Shown piece after piece: positions 29,084-37,961 of a stretch of 64,000 nucleotides of DNA. The notes beneath the pieces were generated by a model. The model did not search any database, was not told where the DNA came from, and was given only the letters and a program-made list of their open reading frames with translations. Numbering within the stretch: the stretch's first letter is position 1; each line of letters starts with the position of its first letter. The stretch is taken from IMG/VR virus record IMGVR_UViG_3300013307_000015. One strand, 5' to 3'. The translations under genes and the position numbers were made by a program. The stretch is from a virus (taxonomy: Duplodnaviria > Heunggongvirae > Uroviricota > Caudoviricetes).

Positions 29084-29461
29084 ATGAAAAAATTGCTACT
29101 GGCGAGCATCATTCCGCTTGCCCTGATGGGTTGCACAACCAATCCGACCGTTCCGATCTACAAATATCAGAACGTGGTGACGGTGTTGCCTAAGAGCTAC
29201 ACCGGTCATTGCGTGGTCAAGACACAGCCGCCCGCGAAGGACGCTTACGTCAAGGCCAGCAAGGACGAGCGCATCAACATGCTGCTCAAGACCAACGCAG
29301 GTCTGCTGGTCGACATCCAGACCTGCGACAATCGTTGGGATCAGGTCGACATCTGGAATTCAGCACAGCTGAAGATTTACGGTAACGATCCCACTGCCGT
29401 TTTCCCCGGTCAAGCACCGGCTGCCGCACAAGGAGCATCTGCGGCCGCTCCCAGCAAATGA
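29084..29461 (+). CDS. Outer-membrane spanin lipoprotein (Rz1-like)
   Basis: Lipobox LMG-C, Pro-rich segment, CDNRWDQV..WN. Confidence 0.72.
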   Translation: MKKLLLASIIPLALMGCTTNPTVPIYKYQNVVTVLPKSYTGHCVVKTQPPAKDAYVKASKDERINMLLKTNAGLLVDIQTCDNRWDQVDIWNSAQLKIYGNDPTAVFPGQAPAAAQGASAAAPSK

Positions 29462-29471
29462 GGAGCGCATA

Positions 29472-29939
29472 GTGGATCTGGTCCGAGAAGTATTGAATGG
29501 GGTGGCCGACGAACGATTGCTCTCGAATCACCATGCCGGAGCAACGCCTCTGCAAAACCTCGTTAAGACGTATCGCGAGAAATCGGCGCATAACGACAAC
29601 GCCCCCAACCTCACGGATGTTTCCGTGGGGAGTGATTTGAAAAGCGGAATTGGTAACTTGCCCGTTGAGGACCAGGTCTCGATGCTCTATCAGTACTTGG
29701 TTGACGCTAAGCGCATCGTGCCGGCTGAGACGGTCGATCAGATTGAAGAGCGCAAGCTCAAGCACACGGCGATCAAGGCGTTTATCTGGGTGGCTGGTTT
29801 TGTGGTCGTCATGTTGTTTGGTGCTGTAACAACTATCGCTGTACGCACCGGGGCTGCACCATCGAATGAGTTGGTCTCGACCTTTTTGGAGTTCGCGGGT
29901 GAGATCGTGCATTTGATCTTCGCCGGACCCGGCGAATAA
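29472..29939 (+). CDS. Membrane protein, holin candidate
   Basis: GTG start with SD AGGAG; TM segment AFIWVAGFVVVMLFGAVTTIAV plus amphipathic C-terminal helix; next to spanins. Confidence 0.5.
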   Translation: MDLVREVLNGVADERLLSNHHAGATPLQNLVKTYREKSAHNDNAPNLTDVSVGSDLKSGIGNLPVEDQVSMLYQYLVDAKRIVPAETVDQIEERKLKHTAIKAFIWVAGFVVVMLFGAVTTIAVRTGAAPSNELVSTFLEFAGEIVHLIFAGPGE

Positions 29940-29953
29940 CCAACGGAGAAATT

Positions 29954-30649
29954 ATGTCGAGCGTATGGCACCAGGCTCTCACGCCTGGACAAGTCGCTTT
30001 GGAAGGTGAAGCAGATGGCAAACTCCGTAAGGAGAATGAACATCTGTGGTTCGCGGAAATGATTCTGGAAGGCGTCCATCATTTCCCGGAACTGGAAAAA
30101 GCGGCGTCTTGGGAGTTTCACGATCAATGGGGTATCAAGATCGGGAAGTCCGAGAAGAACGCAGCAGCCGGTCAAGTGCGCGTGCGTGGCACCTATCCGG
30201 GCGGTGAAGGCTTCATGAATCTGGGTGAGCCCGCGTTCACGCATGCGGTGAAGATCAACGCAGCGGATGGCGGTGCTTACGAGAACGAGATTGAAGTGAC
30301 GAAGGAGTACTTCGAGACGTTCCGGTATCTGGCAGATAACGGGATGCAGAAAGATCGTTACTTCTTTCCGGTCGACGGTGGTGTGTTTGAAGTCGACATG
30401 TTCCTGTTGCCGGGTCTGGCAGAGATGCGACTCAATGGCGGCAAGAATCGCGGAGCCGATTACCACGTCTGGTGCAAGATCGATTACGAGGTGACGAACT
30501 TCGATGCACCGATCCCGAAGATGCCGTTTGAAGTCGTGCGGCTCATCAAGGGAGGGCGTGGCGTGCAGAACACACCGGAAGAGACAGCACTGTTGGACAA
30601 ACTCTTCAAGGAAGTCTACACGACACCGAACCCGCTGCTCAAGAAGTAA
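29954..30649 (+). CDS. CYTH/triphosphate tunnel metalloenzyme-like protein
   Basis: ENEH (ExE), VRVR, K..YENE, KDRY, FEVDMF, KIDYEV pattern. Confidence 0.65.
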   Translation: MSSVWHQALTPGQVALEGEADGKLRKENEHLWFAEMILEGVHHFPELEKAASWEFHDQWGIKIGKSEKNAAAGQVRVRGTYPGGEGFMNLGEPAFTHAVKINAADGGAYENEIEVTKEYFETFRYLADNGMQKDRYFFPVDGGVFEVDMFLLPGLAEMRLNGGKNRGADYHVWCKIDYEVTNFDAPIPKMPFEVVRLIKGGRGVQNTPEETALLDKLFKEVYTTPNPLLKK

Positions 30650-30653
30650 CGCC

Positions 30654-30692
30654 AGCATATTGGGGAGGCGCAATGCCTCCCCGTTTTATGCC
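30654..30692. terminator. Bidirectional AGCATA-hairpin-TATGCC element
   Basis: AGCATATT-GGGGAGGC-GCAAT-GCCTCCCC-GTTTTATGCC. Confidence 0.8.
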
Positions 30693-31214
30693 CTAAACAA
30701 CGGCTTCAGTAAAACCTGGCAAAACAGTAGCTTGCAGTTGTGACAGATCGAACTCAATCGGCAACGTGACTTGATCCTGCCATGCCAAGGAGTTCGGATT
30801 AGCTTGCAAGACAAACGACGCATCCTGCGGTGTGCACTGACGATCGACGATGTCGGTGATATCCAGATTGATGCCGTAGGTGGCGTTGATCTGGGGCAGG
30901 ATTTGACTGAGCGAAAAGTCTTGCGGAGGCAACACAATCGCCGCAGAATTGACGGGATTCAGCTGGCTCAAGAAAAGACGCCGATAGAACAGCGTTTTCT
31001 GGCCCGTATCGCCGCTACAGCGGCCTTGCAGCATGCTGACCACTACTTGGGTATCACTCTGATTGGAATCGCCCGGTAGGGGCGTATAATGCGTCGGAGT
31101 GCCGAAGACGGCATCCTTGGGTAAATGAAACCCGTTGGTGAAGTAGACGAGGTCTCGAATGTACTGCTCCGAGGTCGTGGGAGTTTTCTGGGCTGGGTAG
31201 GAAGTCAGTCGCAT
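30693..31214 (-). CDS. Probable virion (tail-associated) paralogue-family protein
   Basis: LFYRRL.L..L, LPQINATYG.NL...DIVD, A.P.SLAW, LPGF end typical of phiKZ-like gp131-135-type families. Confidence 0.6.
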   Translation of the reverse strand: MRLTSYPAQKTPTTSEQYIRDLVYFTNGFHLPKDAVFGTPTHYTPLPGDSNQSDTQVVVSMLQGRCSGDTGQKTLFYRRLFLSQLNPVNSAAIVLPPQDFSLSQILPQINATYGINLDITDIVDRQCTPQDASFVLQANPNSLAWQDQVTLPIEFDLSQLQATVLPGFTEAVV

Positions 31215-31274
31215 GATGGGAACAGCATAAAAGGAAAAAGAGTAGTCCTCCTCCCTTACGAGAGGAGGACCGCG

Positions 31275-32525
31275 TCACGCCATCAACGTGTCGAAGTAGT
31301 CGTGATACTCCTTGACCCACTTCTTGTTCAACTTCAGGTAATGGCTTTCCAATTGGAACTTGGTGACGTGCTGGTTCCAGTCGAACGAAGTATAATCGAA
31401 CTTCCACTCGTCGATGAAGGCACCAACCAGATACCCGTCCACAATTGCAATCGGTCCATTGAGGACCGGCACAAACACCAGCGTTTCCGGATCTGCACCG
31501 ATAACAGGAACCGGCGTGCGTTCGACGAACCCATCGAGGTGTGCGTACTGCACACGACCCTTCAGAATCCGATCGACGTCCTTCAGGCCCGTCATCATGC
31601 CAGAACGCATTTCGTCGATGAGGTGCTGGTGGCCTTCTGCCCACCAGTACTGAGAGCCGTCCTGTTTGCCCCAGTGCGGGTGTTCTTCCGACCACATGTG
31701 TCGCGGGTCTTCCGCAAACATCATCATGCGACGATATTCGCCGAGTTTTGCCACGTGCAGTCGTTCCATCCGAGCAGGGCCGGTCGGCGTCATCAGCACG
31801 TCGCCCGGTTCGAGCGTCTGAATCTGCTTCCACGACTGATCTGCCATCAGGACCAAGCTACCTGCGACAAAACACGACCCACCTCCACCACCACCTCCTG
31901 TGTCAGTAGGGGGAGGCGCAGGCGGCTGACCGTTGACGTAGCCGTTCGGTGGTTGAGGCCGCTGCGCTGTACCCACCAGGTTCACGACGTAGTTGCGCGG
32001 TGCACCTTGCCCCACTGCGCCACCCATGCCGTAGAACGTCCACAGGTTAGGCCCGAAAGCCCGACTGATAGAGCGATCATTGGTCAGCCGAACATTGTCA
32101 CCGATTGAGGAGGTGAATGTCACGCCATCCAAGCTGCAATTGCCTGCTATCACCGTCAAGGTGGTGCCTGACCGATAGAACCCGGAGATGTTGAAACCAT
32201 TCGTGGGTCCCGCCGGATAGTTCCCGGTCACTGTGGTATCGCCACCTGTGGTCGAGAATGCACTGAAGCCGCCTCCTCGATCGATATACAAGCCTCGACC
32301 GAAGTTAGCGTTGTTCGCCCCAGTGTAGTCGACGGTATAGTACTGCGTGCCTGCTTCCAACACCGAGACACCGAAGCTCTTGCCGTACCACCAACTCCAC
32401 GCGAGTCGACCGTTCGCTCCTGCGAGTCGTTGCAGACCCGCATTACCTGCGCTGATAGGGTTGCCCTGCTGTGTTTCATTGCGTGCTTGTCCGATACTGA
32501 TCGGACCGGAGGATTGCATCGTCAT
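31275..32525 (-). CDS. Tail fibre-associated protein with C-terminal Hint autoprocessing domain
   Basis: N-terminal MQSSGPISI motif, Pro/Gly linker, GGGS|CFVAGSLVLMAD...I..L.PGD, SEEHP. Confidence 0.75.
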   Translation of the reverse strand: MTMQSSGPISIGQARNETQQGNPISAGNAGLQRLAGANGRLAWSWWYGKSFGVSVLEAGTQYYTVDYTGANNANFGRGLYIDRGGGFSAFSTTGGDTTVTGNYPAGPTNGFNISGFYRSGTTLTVIAGNCSLDGVTFTSSIGDNVRLTNDRSISRAFGPNLWTFYGMGGAVGQGAPRNYVVNLVGTAQRPQPPNGYVNGQPPAPPPTDTGGGGGGGSCFVAGSLVLMADQSWKQIQTLEPGDVLMTPTGPARMERLHVAKLGEYRRMMMFAEDPRHMWSEEHPHWGKQDGSQYWWAEGHQHLIDEMRSGMMTGLKDVDRILKGRVQYAHLDGFVERTPVPVIGADPETLVFVPVLNGPIAIVDGYLVGAFIDEWKFDYTSFDWNQHVTKFQLESHYLKLNKKWVKEYHDYFDTLMA

Positions 32526-32537
32526 GATGGTTCTCCG

Positions 32538-34139
32538 TTACGCTGGCAGCAAATCCGACTCCACCTCTTCGGCTTCGACGTCTTCTACCGGTAAGAACGT
32601 GCCGAGTCCGGCACGACGCACCGCACGAATCACGCCATCCACCTTCAGGTCGACCGCCTTGATGCCTTCCACCACGAGAGCTGCAAGCTTCTCGTACTGG
32701 ATCGTCAGGTAGTCTTCACCCGAAATCGAACGGCCATCCGTGCCGCGATCCCAGCTCGTCAGACCCACGACTTCCGGTGCGACGTTCTTGACTTCACCCG
32801 CCAAGAGACCCATGTAGCGACGGACTTTGTCGACACCCGTCATCGCCACAGCCAGATCGTTGTGGTTGTACGTCACACCGTGCAACGAATGGATCTTCTT
32901 GAGCGGATTCTTGATCGTCTGGATGTTCTCCTTAAGACGCTCGTCCGACATGAAGGCCCAGATATCGTTGTTACAGTAGATCGTCCCCGAGGCATGGATG
33001 TCGCCTGCCAAGTCGATGTTGCCCGACGAGTAGACGTAACCGAACGACACGCCTTGTCCGATACCCGTGTAAGCGTACGGATTACCTGCCGGTGCTTTAC
33101 CGTTGATCTGGTTTTGCAGGTTGTTGATGTTGCCGGAGAATTCCGGATACGCCACGAGGCCACCGAGGTCAGTCGAATCCACCTGAGCACGCAAGCGCGA
33201 GCCGTCCCAGCCGAGATAAACCTTGTTGCTGCCTTGGCTGGCACCACCGCCTTGCTGAACCGGCGTGTACGGCAACTTCGCCGCATTGACAGCGCTCGTA
33301 ATGGCTGCGTCGGTCTGCGCGGTCGTATAGGCACCGACTTGCGCAGCGGTTGTTCGGTGCGGATTGTTGAAGTTGTTCTCGTGCGAGGTCAACTCCGTGC
33401 TCACCGCGTTGATGTTGGTCTGAAGCGCATTCTTTGCCGCCGTCAGATTCGCATCGCTTTGTGCCGTGGTGTACGACCCGACTTGAGCAGCCGTGACCTT
33501 ATGCGGGTTGCTGAAGTTGCTGATGTGCGCATTGAGCGTACTTTGCAACTGCGCCACGCCCGTATTGATCTGGTCGGTCGCGAGATCGATGTACTTGTAG
33601 ATCGCATCATGCGAGGCTTCATCGCCCAGCAAAATTGCGTCACGAATACGGTCGAGTGCTGCCACCGTGTACTCGAAGCCGAACAGGTCGCCTGCATCGT
33701 GCAAGTGAGCGCTCGGCGGGAACGCATCGGGCTTGCCGATAATGGACGGCCACGTTGCGGGACGATCGTCCAGATTCAGGTTGTTGATCTGCTGGATGAT
33801 CGCGGCTGCCGAGTACGAATACTCGCCACCCACGGCTTGATACTGCAACGACACCGACGAAGACACCGTCGGATCGGTGATCATGATGATGGTCATGACC
33901 TCCATGCCGGTATCAAGCGATGCTGCTGTCACCAACTCCGCACAGTAGAACTGATCAGCCGTCAGGGGATGATTGGTTGCTGTGTCGGTGATGATGAGGC
34001 TCTTCGTGTAGAACGGCCCGTACGAAGGTCCAACCACCCGGATCTTCCGAGCAGGCATCGTCTGAATATCCCCAGTGACGAGGTTATTCGGATCTTGCCC
34101 TGTCGGATCGAACGGGTAACGAATCACAGGGGTACTCAT
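32538..34139 (-). CDS. Tail fibre protein with peptidase S74 intramolecular chaperone
   Basis: YPFDPTG..P.N start, NPH.VTAAQVG repeats, SDERLKENI...G..Y...GLLAGEV..V.PE.V. Confidence 0.85.
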   Translation of the reverse strand: MSTPVIRYPFDPTGQDPNNLVTGDIQTMPARKIRVVGPSYGPFYTKSLIITDTATNHPLTADQFYCAELVTAASLDTGMEVMTIIMITDPTVSSSVSLQYQAVGGEYSYSAAAIIQQINNLNLDDRPATWPSIIGKPDAFPPSAHLHDAGDLFGFEYTVAALDRIRDAILLGDEASHDAIYKYIDLATDQINTGVAQLQSTLNAHISNFSNPHKVTAAQVGSYTTAQSDANLTAAKNALQTNINAVSTELTSHENNFNNPHRTTAAQVGAYTTAQTDAAITSAVNAAKLPYTPVQQGGGASQGSNKVYLGWDGSRLRAQVDSTDLGGLVAYPEFSGNINNLQNQINGKAPAGNPYAYTGIGQGVSFGYVYSSGNIDLAGDIHASGTIYCNNDIWAFMSDERLKENIQTIKNPLKKIHSLHGVTYNHNDLAVAMTGVDKVRRYMGLLAGEVKNVAPEVVGLTSWDRGTDGRSISGEDYLTIQYEKLAALVVEGIKAVDLKVDGVIRAVRRAGLGTFLPVEDVEAEEVESDLLPA

Positions 34140-34167
34140 GTTTTTACTACTCCGTTATCTGTTCGAT

Positions 34168-36030
34168 TTAGCCACCGACCGAAGCCTTCAGGTCGTTGAA
34201 CGCCGTCGTCATCGCGGAAAGCGCACTCACCACATCGGAGACACGAGCAAAACCGTCTTCCACGATGTAGTTCATGCCAGTGGGCTCGGTCGAAGTCGGC
34301 CCGCTGGCTGCCGTGAAGATGATGCCGATCGGGTTCAACTCCGTCGAAACCATGAAGTTCACTTGGCCCTTGGTCTTCGCCCAGATTTCGATGGTTGCCA
34401 CACCGTTGCTGTCCGTGCCTGCGCGCCAGCCGAACTGCACGCTTACTGCCACGCCCGCCATGTTGATGACAGTCATGGTCGGCTGCGTGGTGCGTGCCGA
34501 GAGCGTAAGCAAGTACAGACCCGATTGCGTATCGTTGTAGCTATCGCCACCCGAGACAATCAACTGCGCATCCGGCAACTTCGTGGACGAATCAGTGCCA
34601 GGCAGGTGGATGTAGCCGAGCTTGGTCCAGAGGTTGGTCGACTGCGTGACGTTCTGCGGTTGCTCCGATTGCTGAGCGCCGGCGGGCGTAGACGACTGCA
34701 CCATGTCGATGAACTGCTGCGGCGTGTAGCCCGCAAAGAGCGACGAGTCCGCAGCTTTACCGGCCAAGATAGCTGCTTGCAACGTCGGCTGGTCCATGCC
34801 ATAGACGTGATTCGCATCGTTGGCGGTGCCGCTCAAGATGGCGCTGGTCAACTGCGTTTGCGAAAGACCGTACACGGTCTGCGCATTCAGAGCCGTATCG
34901 GCTGTGCCAGCCGTCGCTGCTTTACCTGCCAGCACGGCTGCCGTAAAGGCTGCCGGTGTTTGACCGCCGAACTTCGCGGAGTCCGCTGCTTGTGCGGTCG
35001 AGCCCAGTTTGCCGAGCAACAAGTTGTCGACTTCTGCCTTCGAGTAGGCACCCACTTGACCTGCATTGACACGGTGCGGGTTCGTGTAGTCGTTCTCGTG
35101 CAGCGCCAGCTGCGCCACCACACCGTTGTTCACGAGCGTCGCGGTCTTAAGCGGCGTCATGTAGACGTCGTCACGCGTGCCTGCGCTGGCATCTGACGTG
35201 GACGCAACACCATAGTTCTGGACGTTGCCCAGACCCACTTGCGTGGCAGTGGTTTGGTGAGGGTTGGTGTGGTCTGCCTCGTGGTTCGCGAGTGCCTGAC
35301 TCGGGATGTTCTGCACTGCCAGCGCCGTCATAGCCGGCGTCATGTACAGGTCGTTGCGCACCCCGGCTTGTGCATCTGCTGCGGTCGCGACGGCGTAGTT
35401 CTGGACGTTGCCAAGTCCGACCTGTGTAGCAGTCACCAAGTGCGGGTTGTTGTGGTCGGCCAAGTGAGCAGCCAGACCCGTCGAACCCGTTTGACGCAGC
35501 ATGTCGCTGATCTGGTTGATCGCGTTGACCACATCGCTCATGCCAACCAGGTCGACCAGATTCCACTCGTGGTCGATAACCGGGAAGGTGACCGGTTGTT
35601 CCGTGACCTGCTCCCACGTCGTGATACGCGGATTGTGCAGACGGTCCGCGAGGATCTTCTGGATTGCATCGGTGTCGATCGTCCAGATACCACCCAGCGT
35701 CTGATACTTCAGCTGGATTTGGCCAGCCAGCATCGTGTTGTAGAAGCTGATCGAGCCAGCGATCGGGGTAGCACACGCGAGCGACGCATCGTGGAACATA
35801 TGCGTGCAAACGTAGTCAACCCCTTCGACCAGCGTTCTGACATTACCGGTCGTATCCTTGAACGTAATCACCAACGAATTGACGAAATACGGAGCAAGGT
35901 TCGGAACGATAAAGTGAAAATCCCGGTAGTTCTGTGCAGTAAGAATTTGCTGCTCAGCCGGGATCAAATTTGATGCCAACTTGCCCGTCGGATCAAACGG
36001 ATAAGTCGTGCCGTCGATGGGTGTCGACAT
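34168..36030 (-). CDS. Tail fibre/baseplate protein (gp145/146-like paralogue)
   Basis: YPFDPTG..SN start, NPH..TATQVGLGNVQNY repeats, YMTP. Confidence 0.8.
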   Translation of the reverse strand: MSTPIDGTTYPFDPTGKLASNLIPAEQQILTAQNYRDFHFIVPNLAPYFVNSLVITFKDTTGNVRTLVEGVDYVCTHMFHDASLACATPIAGSISFYNTMLAGQIQLKYQTLGGIWTIDTDAIQKILADRLHNPRITTWEQVTEQPVTFPVIDHEWNLVDLVGMSDVVNAINQISDMLRQTGSTGLAAHLADHNNPHLVTATQVGLGNVQNYAVATAADAQAGVRNDLYMTPAMTALAVQNIPSQALANHEADHTNPHQTTATQVGLGNVQNYGVASTSDASAGTRDDVYMTPLKTATLVNNGVVAQLALHENDYTNPHRVNAGQVGAYSKAEVDNLLLGKLGSTAQAADSAKFGGQTPAAFTAAVLAGKAATAGTADTALNAQTVYGLSQTQLTSAILSGTANDANHVYGMDQPTLQAAILAGKAADSSLFAGYTPQQFIDMVQSSTPAGAQQSEQPQNVTQSTNLWTKLGYIHLPGTDSSTKLPDAQLIVSGGDSYNDTQSGLYLLTLSARTTQPTMTVINMAGVAVSVQFGWRAGTDSNGVATIEIWAKTKGQVNFMVSTELNPIGIIFTAASGPTSTEPTGMNYIVEDGFARVSDVVSALSAMTTAFNDLKASVGG

Positions 36031-36115
36031 AAATGCACTCCCGCGTGAAGAAGCTAATGTTGTGATTCAAAGTCAAACGACTATACTATTTGCACTTTCT
36101 TAAGGCGAACTCCCT

Positions 36116-37390
36116 ATGGCCTACACCCTTGTATCAGCGATCGCAAAGCCTATTGGAGGCGGGGGTCGCTGGGTCAATGTCGACATCTCGAATCTGTCGT
36201 TCAACGACATTTTCCAGACGTATTTGCGTGTGATTGCGACGTTGTCGAATCCGTTTGACAGCGCACCCACTGCATTGGATTTGGCACAAATCGAGTACAC
36301 GATTGCCGATCCGTCGATTACGTTCAGTCAGTACCTGCAAAACATTGGTACTGCATCGTTGCCGACAACACCAAATCCGCCCGTCATCAAGACAGCGTAC
36401 GCCAAGTACAACGACGCATTCAACGCAGGGTATTCGGTCACGCCAGTCTCACTGGATGCAGCCATCGACACGCAGTTGCCGGACGCTGCGAAGACTTCGC
36501 TTAAGCTCACCGACTACACCAACAGCGTAGAACCGGAGACGAATCCGATTAACTTTACGCTCTTTGGCAAAAGCTGCATGGTGTCAGTCAACGGTTACTG
36601 GCATTACGTGGCAGCCGATTCGACAGGTGCGCTGGTGCGTGATGCCATGGTCAGCTGCGTGAAGAGCAACCGCAACACCATCGGTATCTGGTCGCTGGCC
36701 AATCTGGGATCGATCGAGTACATCGATCTGAAGCCGGAGATGATTTACACGCAAGACCCGACTTCCAGTCTTTCGAAGGGCGTGTATATCGACATCGGGC
36801 AGGATATCAGCAACAAGACGGTATTGCTTGTTATCGCTGGTTACCTTCATGTCGTGGATGACCGCTTCCCCGTCTTCAGTCGAGTCGGCGATCAAGTGGT
36901 GAAAATCGACTGGGGTAACTTCCCGTACGTTGATCGTTACTTCGAACAGGCTGAGACGATTGACCTGTCGCCCATGAACCTCACCCACACCGCGAACAAC
37001 GACTCTCAAGTAGCAGTCAGCGAACTGATGAGCGATGCCGCGATCCGTGCGTACTGTTCGTTGTCGCAGTCGTTTGTCGTCTTGCTCGATAACACGGAAG
37101 TGTTTGTCGACTATCAGGACGTGACGTCCACGGGTCCGGGTGTCTACATCGGTTATCAGGAACCGAACTGGCCGCTCCTGACGGGACACGGGAAGGTGAG
37201 CGAGTGGTGGAGTACGGAAGAAACAGGACAGTGGGGTGTGTGCATTGCAGACAGTCGCATGGACACTCGCACCTACAACACGACCGATCTGGCGCTTAAC
37301 AGCGTAGCGGCGAATCGAATTCCGGCTCGTACGCATTTCGTCAGTCCTGCCCAGTACCTGAAACTGGGAACGGATGTCAATTTCAATTGA
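36116..37390 (+). CDS. Virion structural protein
   Basis: SVNGYWH, LLVIAGYLH, LSQSFVVL motifs; structural-gene context. Confidence 0.7.
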   Translation: MAYTLVSAIAKPIGGGGRWVNVDISNLSFNDIFQTYLRVIATLSNPFDSAPTALDLAQIEYTIADPSITFSQYLQNIGTASLPTTPNPPVIKTAYAKYNDAFNAGYSVTPVSLDAAIDTQLPDAAKTSLKLTDYTNSVEPETNPINFTLFGKSCMVSVNGYWHYVAADSTGALVRDAMVSCVKSNRNTIGIWSLANLGSIEYIDLKPEMIYTQDPTSSLSKGVYIDIGQDISNKTVLLVIAGYLHVVDDRFPVFSRVGDQVVKIDWGNFPYVDRYFEQAETIDLSPMNLTHTANNDSQVAVSELMSDAAIRAYCSLSQSFVVLLDNTEVFVDYQDVTSTGPGVYIGYQEPNWPLLTGHGKVSEWWSTEETGQWGVCIADSRMDTRTYNTTDLALNSVAANRIPARTHFVSPAQYLKLGTDVNFN

Positions 37391-37391
37391 C

Positions 37392-37445
37392 GGCATAAAG
37401 CCCACTAACACCCTGACACAGCTGGGGTGTTAGTGGGTCTATGCC
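37392..37445. terminator. Bidirectional GGCATA-hairpin-TATGCC element
   Basis: GGCATAAAG-CCCACTAACACCC...GGGTGTTAGTGGG-TCTATGCC. Confidence 0.8.
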
Positions 37446-37464
37446 GCTTCTTGCGAATACACCA

Positions 37465-37890
37465 TCAAGACGTCAAGATTTGACGGTGGACCAACAACTG
37501 CTTGACGTCCTTTTCGATGTCTTCCGGTCTGCCGTAACGCAGCCAGCGTGGCATCGCCGCAATGATCTGTTTGGCGGCCCGATCGATCAAGTCGGGAGTG
37601 ATCTGCTCTTCCAGAACAGACACATCGACAATTTCAGAAAGGGTTTTGCCATGCCAGATCGCCTTGCTCAGATGGACCGGCAACTTCAGTGCTGCGTCAT
37701 TGTTGGACAGACCCATGAGCTTGTTCAGCTTCTCCAACATCGGGTCGTCGTAAGGCGCTGGGCCTTGTTGTCCTTCTTTGGCGCGGGCAAAGAATGAAGC
37801 CAGAAACATCAAGCGCTTGGTGCGTCGAGGAAGATAGTTCGCGAGCAAATGCTCACCATATTCCTTGATTGCCGCCGAGGCTCGGTTCAT
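37465..37890 (-). CDS. Hypothetical protein
   Basis: ATG 37890 with SD GGAG. Confidence 0.6.
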   Translation of the reverse strand: MNRASAAIKEYGEHLLANYLPRRTKRLMFLASFFARAKEGQQGPAPYDDPMLEKLNKLMGLSNNDAALKLPVHLSKAIWHGKTLSEIVDVSVLEEQITPDLIDRAAKQIIAAMPRWLRYGRPEDIEKDVKQLLVHRQILTS

Positions 37891-37961
37891 TTGGAACTCC
37901 GAACGAGAGGATGTGCGGCCTCTATCTGTATTGGTTTGACCGCACGGCAAAGGGGGGTTTA

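Noticed and set aside
31275-31880. Classical splicing intein or homing endonuclease
   Set aside because: No terminal His-Asn plus nucleophile and no LAGLIDADG/HNH motif; no intron or intein seen in the RNAP, helicase or UvsX genes
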